Origin: a virus
Lineage: Duplodnaviria > Heunggongvirae > Uroviricota > Caudoviricetes
DNA length: 64,000 bases
Reading direction: 5' to 3' (one strand)
Virus record (IMG/VR): IMGVR_UViG_3300042868_008486
Coordinates: 108,810 to 172,809 of that record
Shown piece after piece: positions 47,413 through 56,250 of this stretch. The first letter of the stretch is position 1; every line of letters starts with the position of its first letter. The notes beneath the pieces were generated by a model. That model did no database searches. It was not told the DNA's origin and saw nothing but the letters and a program-made list of their open reading frames with translations. Made by a program: the position numbers and the translations under genes.

Positions 47413-49119
47413 TTATAGTGGTAAATCATCAAAATCGTGTTCGGGAAAAAATGTAAATTTATTTAATTCCATTTCTTCTAATTTTTCATCCCATATAATG
47501 GTAGAATAATCCCCATTATTGTAAACAATAGCTTCAGAGTGAGTTCCCATACCCAACTTAAATTCCACGTCTTTTTGAGGTAATGTGAATAGTTTTTGTG
47601 TGTGTAAATAAGCAACTCGCTCATCTAACACCTCTAAAACCCCTGACCAACTAATATCAGGTTGACTATTTCTTTTCGCTTTAGTCTGAACTCTTTTAAT
47701 TTTTAATTCATCTTTAACAACCGTTAATGCGAATTCATTTGTTAATCGTTCATCACTATCAAACCCACCCTTTCTAAGAGATATGATGAAACAATCAGGT
47801 CGATTAATATAAGTTCTAACACAGTTGGTTTGAACTGACGACTCATTGTTATAATCATCTGTTGTTGACAATAACACAGGGTAATAAACATCACCATTAA
47901 ATGATATTGGTCTTTCCACTGAACCTTGGAATTCTCGACTATATCGTCTTGTTGTTACCCCATTAGTATAACTTGAAATAAGTTTGGACCACTCATCGTG
48001 TTCATCAATAAACCCATTTAGTGTTTTTGATTTCCATTTAACCGGTTGTAATTTTTCCAATCTCGCTCTGAAATTAATGTGGTCAACGATTGTACTATAA
48101 TCAAGAACTCCCGAACACACCAAAAGAAATATTTGATATATGTTATTCAGTTCACTTTTTGTGAACGGGACATTCATACTATCATCAGCAAAATACGCAC
48201 CACTTTCAATTATCATCTTCAACTCACTATCAGGTTTTGACACAAGAAAATCAGTACCGAAGAACTTTGCACCCCATCTATATGCCGTCACATTAAATCT
48301 TTCAATTGTATGTAATACACGTTTTAGTTTATCACCTTTCATATCTTGAAGGTTCATAAACGCATCGACATACTTGTACCCCACCTTTTTATAATCAGGT
48401 TTTTTTGGTTGTGGGTAGACCTCAATGAGTGGTTTCCAATTGTTAGGTAGTTTGACCCCACTCGTAATTAAAAAGTGTTTATACAACGAGTATTTAGGTT
48501 CCTCGTCATACTCTTTAATACCAGGTATCGAATTAATAAATTCAATAATCGGCTTGTCAATATCAAAATTAGGTACTTCAGTCATTGTATCCCAAAAAGA
48601 CAGGTTAGTGAAAAAATTCTTAATCTTTTCCGTAATTGTCTCAATAGGGTCTTCCCACAATCCTGACCTTCTGAGTGTCTTTTTACACTTTCGTTTTAAA
48701 TGGTAATTAATTAACGACCCATTATATAATGAATTTGTTTTATAATTGTAGGTTACGAAATATAACCCCGTTGATTTAATAAAATATGGTTTACCAGGTT
48801 TTCTTATCCTTTCATATAGAAACAACTTAATGGAAACTTTAGTATCAGTCCTTTCCACGGATATAATTCGTCTTGCGTGTCGGACCCCACATAATGGGTT
48901 GGCATAATTCTCTTCAAACGTTTTTTCATCCTTAGATGATTTTTTAGTTTCATCATATTCAAAATGGGGATGTTTCGCAGTACCAATACTCTTAGCCGTA
49001 TACTCCCAATCCTCACCAAAAAGACTTTCGTTTTTTACTTTTTTTGGTTCCAATGAGTTGAAGTTACAATAGAAATCCGTATTGTAGTTACCAACAATAT
49101 ATTCATATATTTTTTCCAT
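47413..49119 (-). CDS. hypothetical protein (568 aa)
   Basis: Long ORF. Confidence 0.6.
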   Translation of the reverse strand: MEKIYEYIVGNYNTDFYCNFNSLEPKKVKNESLFGEDWEYTAKSIGTAKHPHFEYDETKKSSKDEKTFEENYANPLCGVRHARRIISVERTDTKVSIKLFLYERIRKPGKPYFIKSTGLYFVTYNYKTNSLYNGSLINYHLKRKCKKTLRRSGLWEDPIETITEKIKNFFTNLSFWDTMTEVPNFDIDKPIIEFINSIPGIKEYDEEPKYSLYKHFLITSGVKLPNNWKPLIEVYPQPKKPDYKKVGYKYVDAFMNLQDMKGDKLKRVLHTIERFNVTAYRWGAKFFGTDFLVSKPDSELKMIIESGAYFADDSMNVPFTKSELNNIYQIFLLVCSGVLDYSTIVDHINFRARLEKLQPVKWKSKTLNGFIDEHDEWSKLISSYTNGVTTRRYSREFQGSVERPISFNGDVYYPVLLSTTDDYNNESSVQTNCVRTYINRPDCFIISLRKGGFDSDERLTNEFALTVVKDELKIKRVQTKAKRNSQPDISWSGVLEVLDERVAYLHTQKLFTLPQKDVEFKLGMGTHSEAIVYNNGDYSTIIWDEKLEEMELNKFTFFPEHDFDDLPL

Positions 49120-49134
49120 AGTGTAAAGATATAA

Positions 49135-49160
49135 AAAAAAGGGGGATTTTCACCCCCGTC
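49135..49160 (-). terminator. rho-independent terminator
   Basis: GGGGG-ATTTTCA-CCCCC with a T-run on the minus strand. Confidence 0.6.
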
Positions 49161-49163
49161 GTA

Positions 49164-49952
49164 TTAAAACATTTCCTCAGCCAAGTCCCAAAGTTTGGTG
49201 TTGATTCGGTTAGTATTTAAGATGTCGTTCAACGTTCTAAGTTTAGTTTTACGACCACTGTTAGATTTGTATTGAATACCACCTCTAACCCACTTCTCCT
49301 GAACCACGTTGAATACTTGCCAAAGTGAGTCTCCTTTATCCTCGTCCCTCAATGGATTCAAGATTTCTTCGTAGTCTAAAGTTGCCGGTACTGAACCTGT
49401 TTTCCAACGAACCTCCGCAGATTTTCTAACGAAGTCAATCTTCTCGTCAGTCGTCAACTCTCTCCCCATCATTCGGTTAACTGAACCTTCGATGATTGGT
49501 AGTCTTTTTGAGAAGTCCTCAGTCAATCGTTTAACATCTTCTAACTCGAAACCTGTATGTCTTACTCTGAAAGCCTCAGATAACGCCGTAGGTACTGTTA
49601 ATCCGTTAGCACATACTAATCGGTGTAAACCCGCCTTAATGTTTAACGTCGCCATACCATTGTGTGAGTTAGACACTATCGCTTCAATCAATGTGTCACC
49701 AACGTTTGGTAATTCACCATTACGGAACTTGATTTCGTGTAATCCGTGGACACCTTTCCCTGTTTGTTTTACACTCGCAATCTCCCACCCCTCTCTTTGG
49801 AAGTTCTCTACGATATCCACTGTTGGAACGAATGTGTATCTGTTAGATACTTTTGGTGATGGACTTGTAGCGAATACAGATGGTGCTACTTCTTTAACTT
49901 GGTCTAAGGTCATAATCGCGTTTCTCATATCTTTATCGTTTTGGTTTAACAA
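49164..49952 (-). CDS. DUF932-like phage/plasmid protein
   Basis: 262 aa. FVPTVDIVENF...EI pattern resembles DUF932. Weak. Confidence 0.35.
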   Translation of the reverse strand: MLNQNDKDMRNAIMTLDQVKEVAPSVFATSPSPKVSNRYTFVPTVDIVENFQREGWEIASVKQTGKGVHGLHEIKFRNGELPNVGDTLIEAIVSNSHNGMATLNIKAGLHRLVCANGLTVPTALSEAFRVRHTGFELEDVKRLTEDFSKRLPIIEGSVNRMMGRELTTDEKIDFVRKSAEVRWKTGSVPATLDYEEILNPLRDEDKGDSLWQVFNVVQEKWVRGGIQYKSNSGRKTKLRTLNDILNTNRINTKLWDLAEEMF

Positions 49953-49986
49953 AGATACACACTTTTTTGAATTGGCACCATAACTT

Positions 49987-50020
49987 CAAAAAAAAAATCC
50001 CCCAATTTTTTTGGGGGATT
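49987..50020 (-). terminator. rho-independent terminator
   Basis: ATCCCCCA-ATTTTTT-TGGGGGAT with a T-run on the minus strand. Confidence 0.6.
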
Positions 50021-50023
50021 ATT

Positions 50024-50317
50024 TTAGTTCAAACAAAATGAACCGTATTTTGTTTTTTGGAATAGTTTGTTGATTCGTTTAACTTCTTCAGGTGGTATTT
50101 CCCCACTTTTAAGTTCAACTACGATTTCAATCAATTGTTGTCGTGTCACTGAAATATCTTCACCTTTCTCAAGATTCTTATAACATTGCTCTTCAACTTT
50201 GTTATAGAAATCGTTTACCAACACATCACCAAGTAACTCGGTTAAATCATTAGGGTTTTTATCAAAAAACGTTTTAAAATGATTTAAATAAATATCAACA
50301 TCAACATTCTTCATCAT
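50024..50317 (-). CDS. hypothetical protein
   Basis: 97-aa ORF. Confidence 0.45.
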   Translation of the reverse strand: MMKNVDVDIYLNHFKTFFDKNPNDLTELLGDVLVNDFYNKVEEQCYKNLEKGEDISVTRQQLIEIVVELKSGEIPPEEVKRINKLFQKTKYGSFCLN

Positions 50318-50337
50318 ATATTTTGTTTTAATTATAA

Positions 50338-51729
50338 TTACATTACAGTGAAGAACATAGGAGCATCTTCTTCAAGTTTCTCTCTAAGTCTTTCAGGTAT
50401 CTTAACACTTGGATTTGAATCTACCAATACTAAGAAATTCAACATATCAGCATCTGCAACACTTTCAGGAATTGCTTCCAATTGTTTGTTTTCAGTTAAT
50501 GATAAGAAATACAAGTTTGGCATTCTATCGAATACATCAGGTAATGTTTTCACTAAGTTAGTGAACATTATTGATTGTAAATCGGTAAACTTACCTAAAC
50601 TTTCAGGAACATCAAGTGCGATGTTTTCTTTTGAAGTATTGTTTATATGTAATTTATCAATATCAGATGGTAAACTTTCGAATAACTCATTAAACCCGTA
50701 TAACGCTACGAATTTACCCGCTGAACTGTTAGGGTAATTAATATCAACTGTTTTTGAGTTATTTGACACTAAACCTTTTGCGAATTCTTGTTTAAACTCA
50801 TCTTTAAATTCAGACAATGGTCCATTTAACAATTCAACCAAATTTACTCTATGGTCCATTCTGTCCATAAATTGGTCAGATGGAAAGTGGAATTGGAACC
50901 TTTCTTGAGGTAATCCTGTTCTTTTACCAACCAAACCTTTATCATCATTTGCCAAGATAACATATAATGGACCTTGTTTAGCGTAAGTCATAAAGTAGTT
51001 TGAACCCGGAGGTGAAGTACACCAATGTGACTCACCATTTTGGTAATCATAATAACCACCATACCAAGATGCCGCCTCACGTTGTAAGTCACCTGTTCCT
51101 TCAATTTTAATTAAAGTATAGTCACTACCAACTTTCATAACCTCAGCACCTGGATGTGAATAACCTTCACGTTCTTTTCGAATGTCTTTCTTTAAACTTT
51201 CTTTATTTTTCTTAGCAACAACATCTTCAGGAATTGATGTGATAACTCTAGTTAACGACATTGGTGTTAACTTATTAATGTCACGACTTTCCTGTGGGAT
51301 ATGTGCTTTATATGATTCAAACTTTTTAAGTAAGTCATTTAGTTTAAATAAATCCTCAAGGTATCGTCTACGGAATTCTTTAACAATCGCCTTATATTCA
51401 GGTGATTTTGGGTCAAGACCTTCAATATCACCAATTTCCGCTAGTTCTTCGTTGGAAGGTTTAACCAAACTTTTAAGTAACCATTGAGTAAATTTACCAA
51501 CCTTTACTTTCTCCATATCCTCAACAGACGCACCTTCAACATCAAAGTTCTCAGGCATTTGGACTGTAGGGTCAGCAAAAATCACTTGTTTTAATATCTC
51601 GAAAGGTAGGGCTCCTTTGGCTTTTTTAGTAGGGTCGTTACTTGGTACTGGTTTTACCAATTTATCGTATAATACTTGAAATCTTGATTGTTCAACAATT
51701 AAGTTTGAAAGTAATGAAGTTATTCTCAT
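50338..51729 (-). CDS. hypothetical protein with C-terminal leucine-rich repeats
   Basis: Probable ATG start at 51729 (MRITSLL). The track ORF is extended to 51765 by a TTG start through the conserved upstream motif. Confidence 0.55.
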   Translation of the reverse strand: MRITSLLSNLIVEQSRFQVLYDKLVKPVPSNDPTKKAKGALPFEILKQVIFADPTVQMPENFDVEGASVEDMEKVKVGKFTQWLLKSLVKPSNEELAEIGDIEGLDPKSPEYKAIVKEFRRRYLEDLFKLNDLLKKFESYKAHIPQESRDINKLTPMSLTRVITSIPEDVVAKKNKESLKKDIRKEREGYSHPGAEVMKVGSDYTLIKIEGTGDLQREAASWYGGYYDYQNGESHWCTSPPGSNYFMTYAKQGPLYVILANDDKGLVGKRTGLPQERFQFHFPSDQFMDRMDHRVNLVELLNGPLSEFKDEFKQEFAKGLVSNNSKTVDINYPNSSAGKFVALYGFNELFESLPSDIDKLHINNTSKENIALDVPESLGKFTDLQSIMFTNLVKTLPDVFDRMPNLYFLSLTENKQLEAIPESVADADMLNFLVLVDSNPSVKIPERLREKLEEDAPMFFTVM

Positions 51730-51762
51730 AATTTTATTTTTATTAATAAATATTTCAGTTTT
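51730..51762 (-). promoter_or_regulatory. conserved upstream element AATATTTATTAATAAAAA
   Basis: Shares the 18-mer tttttattaataaatatt with 37258-37277. Confidence 0.45.
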
Positions 51763-51792
51763 CAAAAATAGTCATAATTTTTAAAATAACTA

Positions 51793-52638
51793 TTAAATAC
51801 TATAATTCATCACTAACAATTCTTCCCCCATACTTTGAGTTTTACCTTTCTTAGCCGCGGCTGCTTTAGCGAATAACTTACTTTCCCAAACGTATTCATC
51901 CTTTGGGAACCACTCAGATAATAATGGGAAATCATAATAAGATAATGAAAATTTACCCTTCATATCTTTTAAAACATTCGCTAACCTTTCGTGGTCTTCT
52001 CTATCAAAATCGTGATTAGAGTAATAGTTCTCAGTCTTCCAATATGGTGGGTCAGTATAGAAGTACGTTTTAGGTCCATCATATTTAGTAATAACATCAG
52101 CAAAATCCATATTCTCAACCTCAGTAATTTTTAAGAAGTGCTCCAACCAATCAGGTTTAGATAACTTATCACGGAATGTTAAGTATTTTGATTTGTACTT
52201 ACCTTTAAGGTCGATATACGAACTCTTTTCAGGTTTTGACCCTGAAAATACTTGAGTTATAACATATACATATTTTGCCGCAGTCTGATAATCACCAGGG
52301 GTTACGCTGAAATTCTCCGCAAATATTTCAGCCTGAAACCTGTTAAATAATTCTTTTAGATGAGGTGGAGTAACTTCAACCCCCACTTGCTGGCATTCAA
52401 ATGAATTAATCGCATTCAACAATTCTGTTGGGTTCTGTAAACATTTAAACAGATTATAATTCAATGGATTAAAATCATTGTAAACAACCTTGGTTAAGTT
52501 GGGGTATTTTTTTAGGTCCATATTGTAGAATACCCAAAACATACCACTAAATGGTTCGACATATGTTTCAATGTCATTTGGGATAAATGGAACAATCCAT
52601 TTCCCTATCTTACTTTTCCCTCCGATGTAACTTAGCAT
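51793..52638 (-). CDS. dam: Dam-like N6-adenine DNA methyltransferase (alpha class, D12)
   Basis: SYIGGKSK...YVEPFSGMFWVF (motif I) followed by YTDPPYW (motif IV). Confidence 0.7.
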   Translation of the reverse strand: MLSYIGGKSKIGKWIVPFIPNDIETYVEPFSGMFWVFYNMDLKKYPNLTKVVYNDFNPLNYNLFKCLQNPTELLNAINSFECQQVGVEVTPPHLKELFNRFQAEIFAENFSVTPGDYQTAAKYVYVITQVFSGSKPEKSSYIDLKGKYKSKYLTFRDKLSKPDWLEHFLKITEVENMDFADVITKYDGPKTYFYTDPPYWKTENYYSNHDFDREDHERLANVLKDMKGKFSLSYYDFPLLSEWFPKDEYVWESKLFAKAAAAKKGKTQSMGEELLVMNYSI

Positions 52639-52732
52639 ACTTTTTTTATGTAAGAATAGTTATTATAATTCCCCAAATCAACCTTGAAATTAGTTTATTT
52701 GTATTTATATTTATAAAAAAAAATTAATAATT

Positions 52733-52948
52733 ATGGAAGAATTTGAAGGTAATGTTGTTGAGGCGGATGTGTTAAACAGAATCACTGAAGTTGGTGATAA
52801 AGATGGGAAGTCTTGTAAATCTTGTGGTAATAAAGGTATCGGTAAAAATAACGTATCAATTTTAGTTGTTGGGTTTTCGGTAGTATTTACGTCTTGTTAT
52901 GGTATTGTTAAAATAGTTCAAGACATTTATCATTTGTTTGCTCGTTAA
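52733..52948 (+). CDS. small protein with C-terminal TM helix
   Basis: 71 aa, CKSCGNKG then VSILVVGFSVVFTSCYGIV. Confidence 0.35.
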   Translation: MEEFEGNVVEADVLNRITEVGDKDGKSCKSCGNKGIGKNNVSILVVGFSVVFTSCYGIVKIVQDIYHLFAR

Positions 52949-53860
52949 TTAACGAGCAAACTTTACAAATAACTTAACAAATAAATCACCCCCATTGAAC
53001 CCCTTGGATTTAACTCTTAGGGGTTTTGACGTATCAAACGTTGGTGGCATTTTTATTGACAATGCACCTTGTGGGTGTGGAACCTCAAATGATTCACTTT
53101 TTAACCCATTCAAATCAAAATATTTATTGTAAATTAAATCATTATTAAACTTCTCAAAATCGTTTTCAGGATTTAATCTAACTCGAACAACTAAATTACC
53201 ATAAATACCTTTATAGTAATCACCCTTACCTTGTAATTTCAAAAACTGACCATCATCAATTCCGTGGGGTAATTTAATACTAACTGTTTCGATTTTCTCC
53301 TGAGTTGTCGAACCTTGACAAGTATGACAGACTCTAGTGTAGGAAAATCCTTGACCATTACAGGCATTACAATGTGATTGTACCATTTGTACAAACATCC
53401 CCGTTCCTATTCTTTGAGTTACAAATCCATTACCGTGACAATGTTGACAAGTGTGTCTATCACCACCTTGCCCACCACAATCATTACACATATGTTTCCT
53501 TTGGAATGTTATGTGTTTATCAGAACCATTAAACGACTCTAACGCACCTACTAAAATATCAATTACTTTATCAGGAGCTCCTTGTCGTTGTTGTCTTTGC
53601 TGATTGAACATTTGTTCAAATGGATTGAATCCACCACCACCCATACCACTGAATGGGTTATTTCGTTGACTATCATATTGAGCTCGTTTATTGTCGTCCC
53701 CCAATACGTCATACGCTTCAGATATTCTTTTAAATAAGTTTTCATCCCCACCTTTATCAGGGTGATGTTCTTTGGCTAATTTTCTATATTTTTTTTTAAT
53801 CGTGTCTTGATTGTCCTTTTCATCAACACCTAGTATTTCGTAATAATTCTCACGACTCAT
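52949..53860 (-). CDS. dnaJ: DnaJ-like co-chaperone
   Basis: J-domain with HPD (KEHHPDKGGD). Four CxxCxGxG repeats. C-terminal domain present. Confidence 0.8.
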   Translation of the reverse strand: MSRENYYEILGVDEKDNQDTIKKKYRKLAKEHHPDKGGDENLFKRISEAYDVLGDDNKRAQYDSQRNNPFSGMGGGGFNPFEQMFNQQRQQRQGAPDKVIDILVGALESFNGSDKHITFQRKHMCNDCGGQGGDRHTCQHCHGNGFVTQRIGTGMFVQMVQSHCNACNGQGFSYTRVCHTCQGSTTQEKIETVSIKLPHGIDDGQFLKLQGKGDYYKGIYGNLVVRVRLNPENDFEKFNNDLIYNKYFDLNGLKSESFEVPHPQGALSIKMPPTFDTSKPLRVKSKGFNGGDLFVKLFVKFAR

Positions 53861-53893
53861 TTACTTATCCGTATTTAATTTTACTTATTATTT

Positions 53894-54541
53894 ATGGAGC
53901 ATCATTACCTCATAGTATTATTCAAAAATAAAGTAAAAAAGAAAATAATCAAGAAATTTATAACACTTAAAAACGCCGATGAGTTTTATAAAAAACTTGT
54001 CGAGGAGAGTGATGAGGTTATTTTTGATAAAAAATACGAGAATGGTTTTAAATCTGACTATGAGATTGCGTTATTAGGTAAAAAGGGGACGAATAAGGAA
54101 GTTATTTACATTAAAGATGATTTCGGTAGGCAAAGTAAAGTTGACTTACAGGATGATGAGTTTTCAATTATAAAAGTCTTACCATATAAAATTGATGAAC
54201 AATTTTTGGATTACACAACAAAAAAGAAAATTAACACTAAACAATTCACTAAGCAATATTTATCGGGTGTTGGGTTGAAGATGGTTTCAAAACTTAATAA
54301 CAAAATAATTGTTCAAAATGATGATGTGATTAATCTATTCACATTTAAAAATGATGAGGACTCTTTAAGGTTTATTGATAACCTATCTAAAGTTTTTATC
54401 GGGCAAAAAAAAATTGACTGTATGTTTGTAAAAGATTCATCGTCATCACAACGAAAATACTTATACAATATACTAGTCAATTACGGGTTTCCTAAATCTT
54501 ATCTTTTTCGTCAGTCAACGACGTTTCCTGTAAAAAAATAA
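53894..54541 (+). CDS. hypothetical protein
   Basis: 215-aa ORF. Confidence 0.5.
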   Translation: MEHHYLIVLFKNKVKKKIIKKFITLKNADEFYKKLVEESDEVIFDKKYENGFKSDYEIALLGKKGTNKEVIYIKDDFGRQSKVDLQDDEFSIIKVLPYKIDEQFLDYTTKKKINTKQFTKQYLSGVGLKMVSKLNNKIIVQNDDVINLFTFKNDEDSLRFIDNLSKVFIGQKKIDCMFVKDSSSSQRKYLYNILVNYGFPKSYLFRQSTTFPVKK

Positions 54542-54743
54542 ATTCTGTTCCTGAAATATCAATTTTAAATTGCTTATGTCCTCTGTCAACTTCTCTAAAG
54601 TTGTCCTGTACTCTCTTAAAATCTTTCTCATTTAATTGGAACACAACCGCCATCTTCCCTTCAGGAAATAATGAATCAGTCGCCTCCACAATTAAAGCTA
54701 GTCTTTCAACTATCCCATCAATACTTTTATTATTCTCTTCCAT
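54492..54743 (-). CDS. hypothetical protein
   Basis: 83-aa ORF. Overlaps the 3' end of the plus gene at 53894. Confidence 0.35.
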   Translation of the reverse strand: MEENNKSIDGIVERLALIVEATDSLFPEGKMAVVFQLNEKDFKRVQDNFREVDRGHKQFKIDISGTEFIFLQETSLTDEKDKI

Positions 54744-54901
54744 AATGACAACTTTTCAGGTTTTTTAGGTAATATTTCTTCTTTTTGAACTTGTTTAATT
54801 TGATTGATAAATTGTCTCTTCTCACGTTCTAATTCAAGGTGTATCTTACTCCTCTCCTTCTCTAACAAGCTCGCCTGTAATTCCAACTGACTCTTCTTCA
54901 T
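54710..54901 (-). CDS. hypothetical protein
   Basis: 63-aa ORF. Confidence 0.35.
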   Translation of the reverse strand: MKKSQLELQASLLEKERSKIHLELEREKRQFINQIKQVQKEEILPKKPEKLSLWKRIIKVLMG

Positions 54902-55316
54902 CTTCTAATTCAATTTTTTCGGTTCTAATTTCAAATGATAGATTTTTTAACTTACCTAAACTTTGTTTTTCAAAAATTGTTTTTAATTCCGAAACTTTCA
55001 CTTGGAATAATCTATCTTTTTCTTCTCGGTCTAAATTGTACTTAATAATATTTTGAATATTCTCCGTATTTTTTTCAACCGCATCTTCGCTAATTTCAGT
55101 AACAAATGATATTAACCTATGTCCTTCAATTTTTGATTCCTGTTCCATAATCTTTTCTTCATCAACATACTTTTTAGGTAGTTTCCAAGAATTGGGAATA
55201 CTAAGGTCGAAACTTAGATAATTCTTTAACTTCCTAACCGATTGTAAGTATGGAAATAATGTTGAAAATTCTTTGTATAAACTCATAATTAATTTTTTAT
55301 AATGTATGTTAAACAA
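54846..55316 (-). CDS. hypothetical protein
   Basis: 156-aa ORF. Confidence 0.45.
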   Translation of the reverse strand: MFNIHYKKLIMSLYKEFSTLFPYLQSVRKLKNYLSFDLSIPNSWKLPKKYVDEEKIMEQESKIEGHRLISFVTEISEDAVEKNTENIQNIIKYNLDREEKDRLFQVKVSELKTIFEKQSLGKLKNLSFEIRTEKIELEDEEESVGITGELVREGEE

Positions 55317-55476
55317 TATGTTATTGTTAATCCTAGGGAAAGTAGTTCCCTATTACTTAATACCAATTTCTGTGGTGTTGATTGTAATAGGGACACTATA
55401 AACCTAAACACTGTTCTTAACACAGTGATTACTGAAAAAATAAATACAAATAGAAATATTGTATTAATATCGTTCA

Positions 55477-55653
55477 TTATTTCTCAGTTTTTCTTTCAGC
55501 TAAAATTTCTTTTCTTAACTCGTCCAATTGTTTTTTCAATTTTTGAGCGGTTTGTCTAGCTCTTGTTCCCGCGCTTTTATTACCACCAAAAAACTTAGTT
55601 GTATCCACTGATAATTCTTCAGCCAACGCTTTGATTTGTTCTAATGTTTCCAT
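55477..55653 (-). CDS. histone H1-like nucleoid protein (58 aa)
   Basis: METLEQIKALAEELSVDTTKFFGGNKSAGTRARQTAQKLKKQLDELRKEI resembles Bacteroidetes histone H1/Hc1-like proteins. Not in the track (below 60 aa). TATTTATA lies about 25 nt upstream. Confidence 0.45.
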   Translation of the reverse strand: METLEQIKALAEELSVDTTKFFGGNKSAGTRARQTAQKLKKQLDELRKEILAERKTEK

Positions 55654-55734
55654 TTTAAATGTTGTTTTGTTTTATTTTTATTTATACTAAAAGTTAATTT
55701 TATTACTCCTAATGTAAATAGTGGGGGGAAATTT

Positions 55735-56202
55735 TTATTTATCAATATTTTTATCCAAGACTTTATACAAAGAGGATATCATATCCAAATCGGATTTAGT
55801 AAATGGTTTTTTAGTATCGAATAAATCGGTGAAAAAATCATTAATAGCGTTTCGAATTTCCTCATTTTTTTGATTATAAAATGTATCATCGAAAAATGAT
55901 TTAAAATAGTCTAAATGTTCACCTTCGGGATAAAAGTTAATACTTTCTTTTTTGAAGTTCTCTAATGTTCGGTTCCAACACCAAATAAAGTGATTCCCAT
56001 TATCTTCATCTGATAATGTGATTTTGGTCTCTATGGTATTATCGGTCTCACCAAGATATGTTTTTACTATTAACATATTTAATGAACGTGTAAAGTCGTA
56101 ATATAATACCAATTTTTCGGGTATAATATTATTACTTCGAAACCAAACGTCAACGTCTTCAGGTGTCAATGGCTTTGTTATATAGTTAAAAAAATTCTCC
56201 AT
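55735..56202 (-). CDS. hypothetical protein
   Basis: 155-aa ORF. Confidence 0.5.
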   Translation of the reverse strand: MENFFNYITKPLTPEDVDVWFRSNNIIPEKLVLYYDFTRSLNMLIVKTYLGETDNTIETKITLSDEDNGNHFIWCWNRTLENFKKESINFYPEGEHLDYFKSFFDDTFYNQKNEEIRNAINDFFTDLFDTKKPFTKSDLDMISSLYKVLDKNIDK

Positions 56203-56250
56203 AGATAAATGTCTATGGAGAAATTATAATTCTTATTATGTTAAAGTAAA

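Noticed and set aside
51730-51765. TTG-initiated 12-codon extension of the 50338 gene
   Set aside because: Runs through the conserved upstream motif shared with two other genes. An ATG at 51729 follows at the usual spacing.
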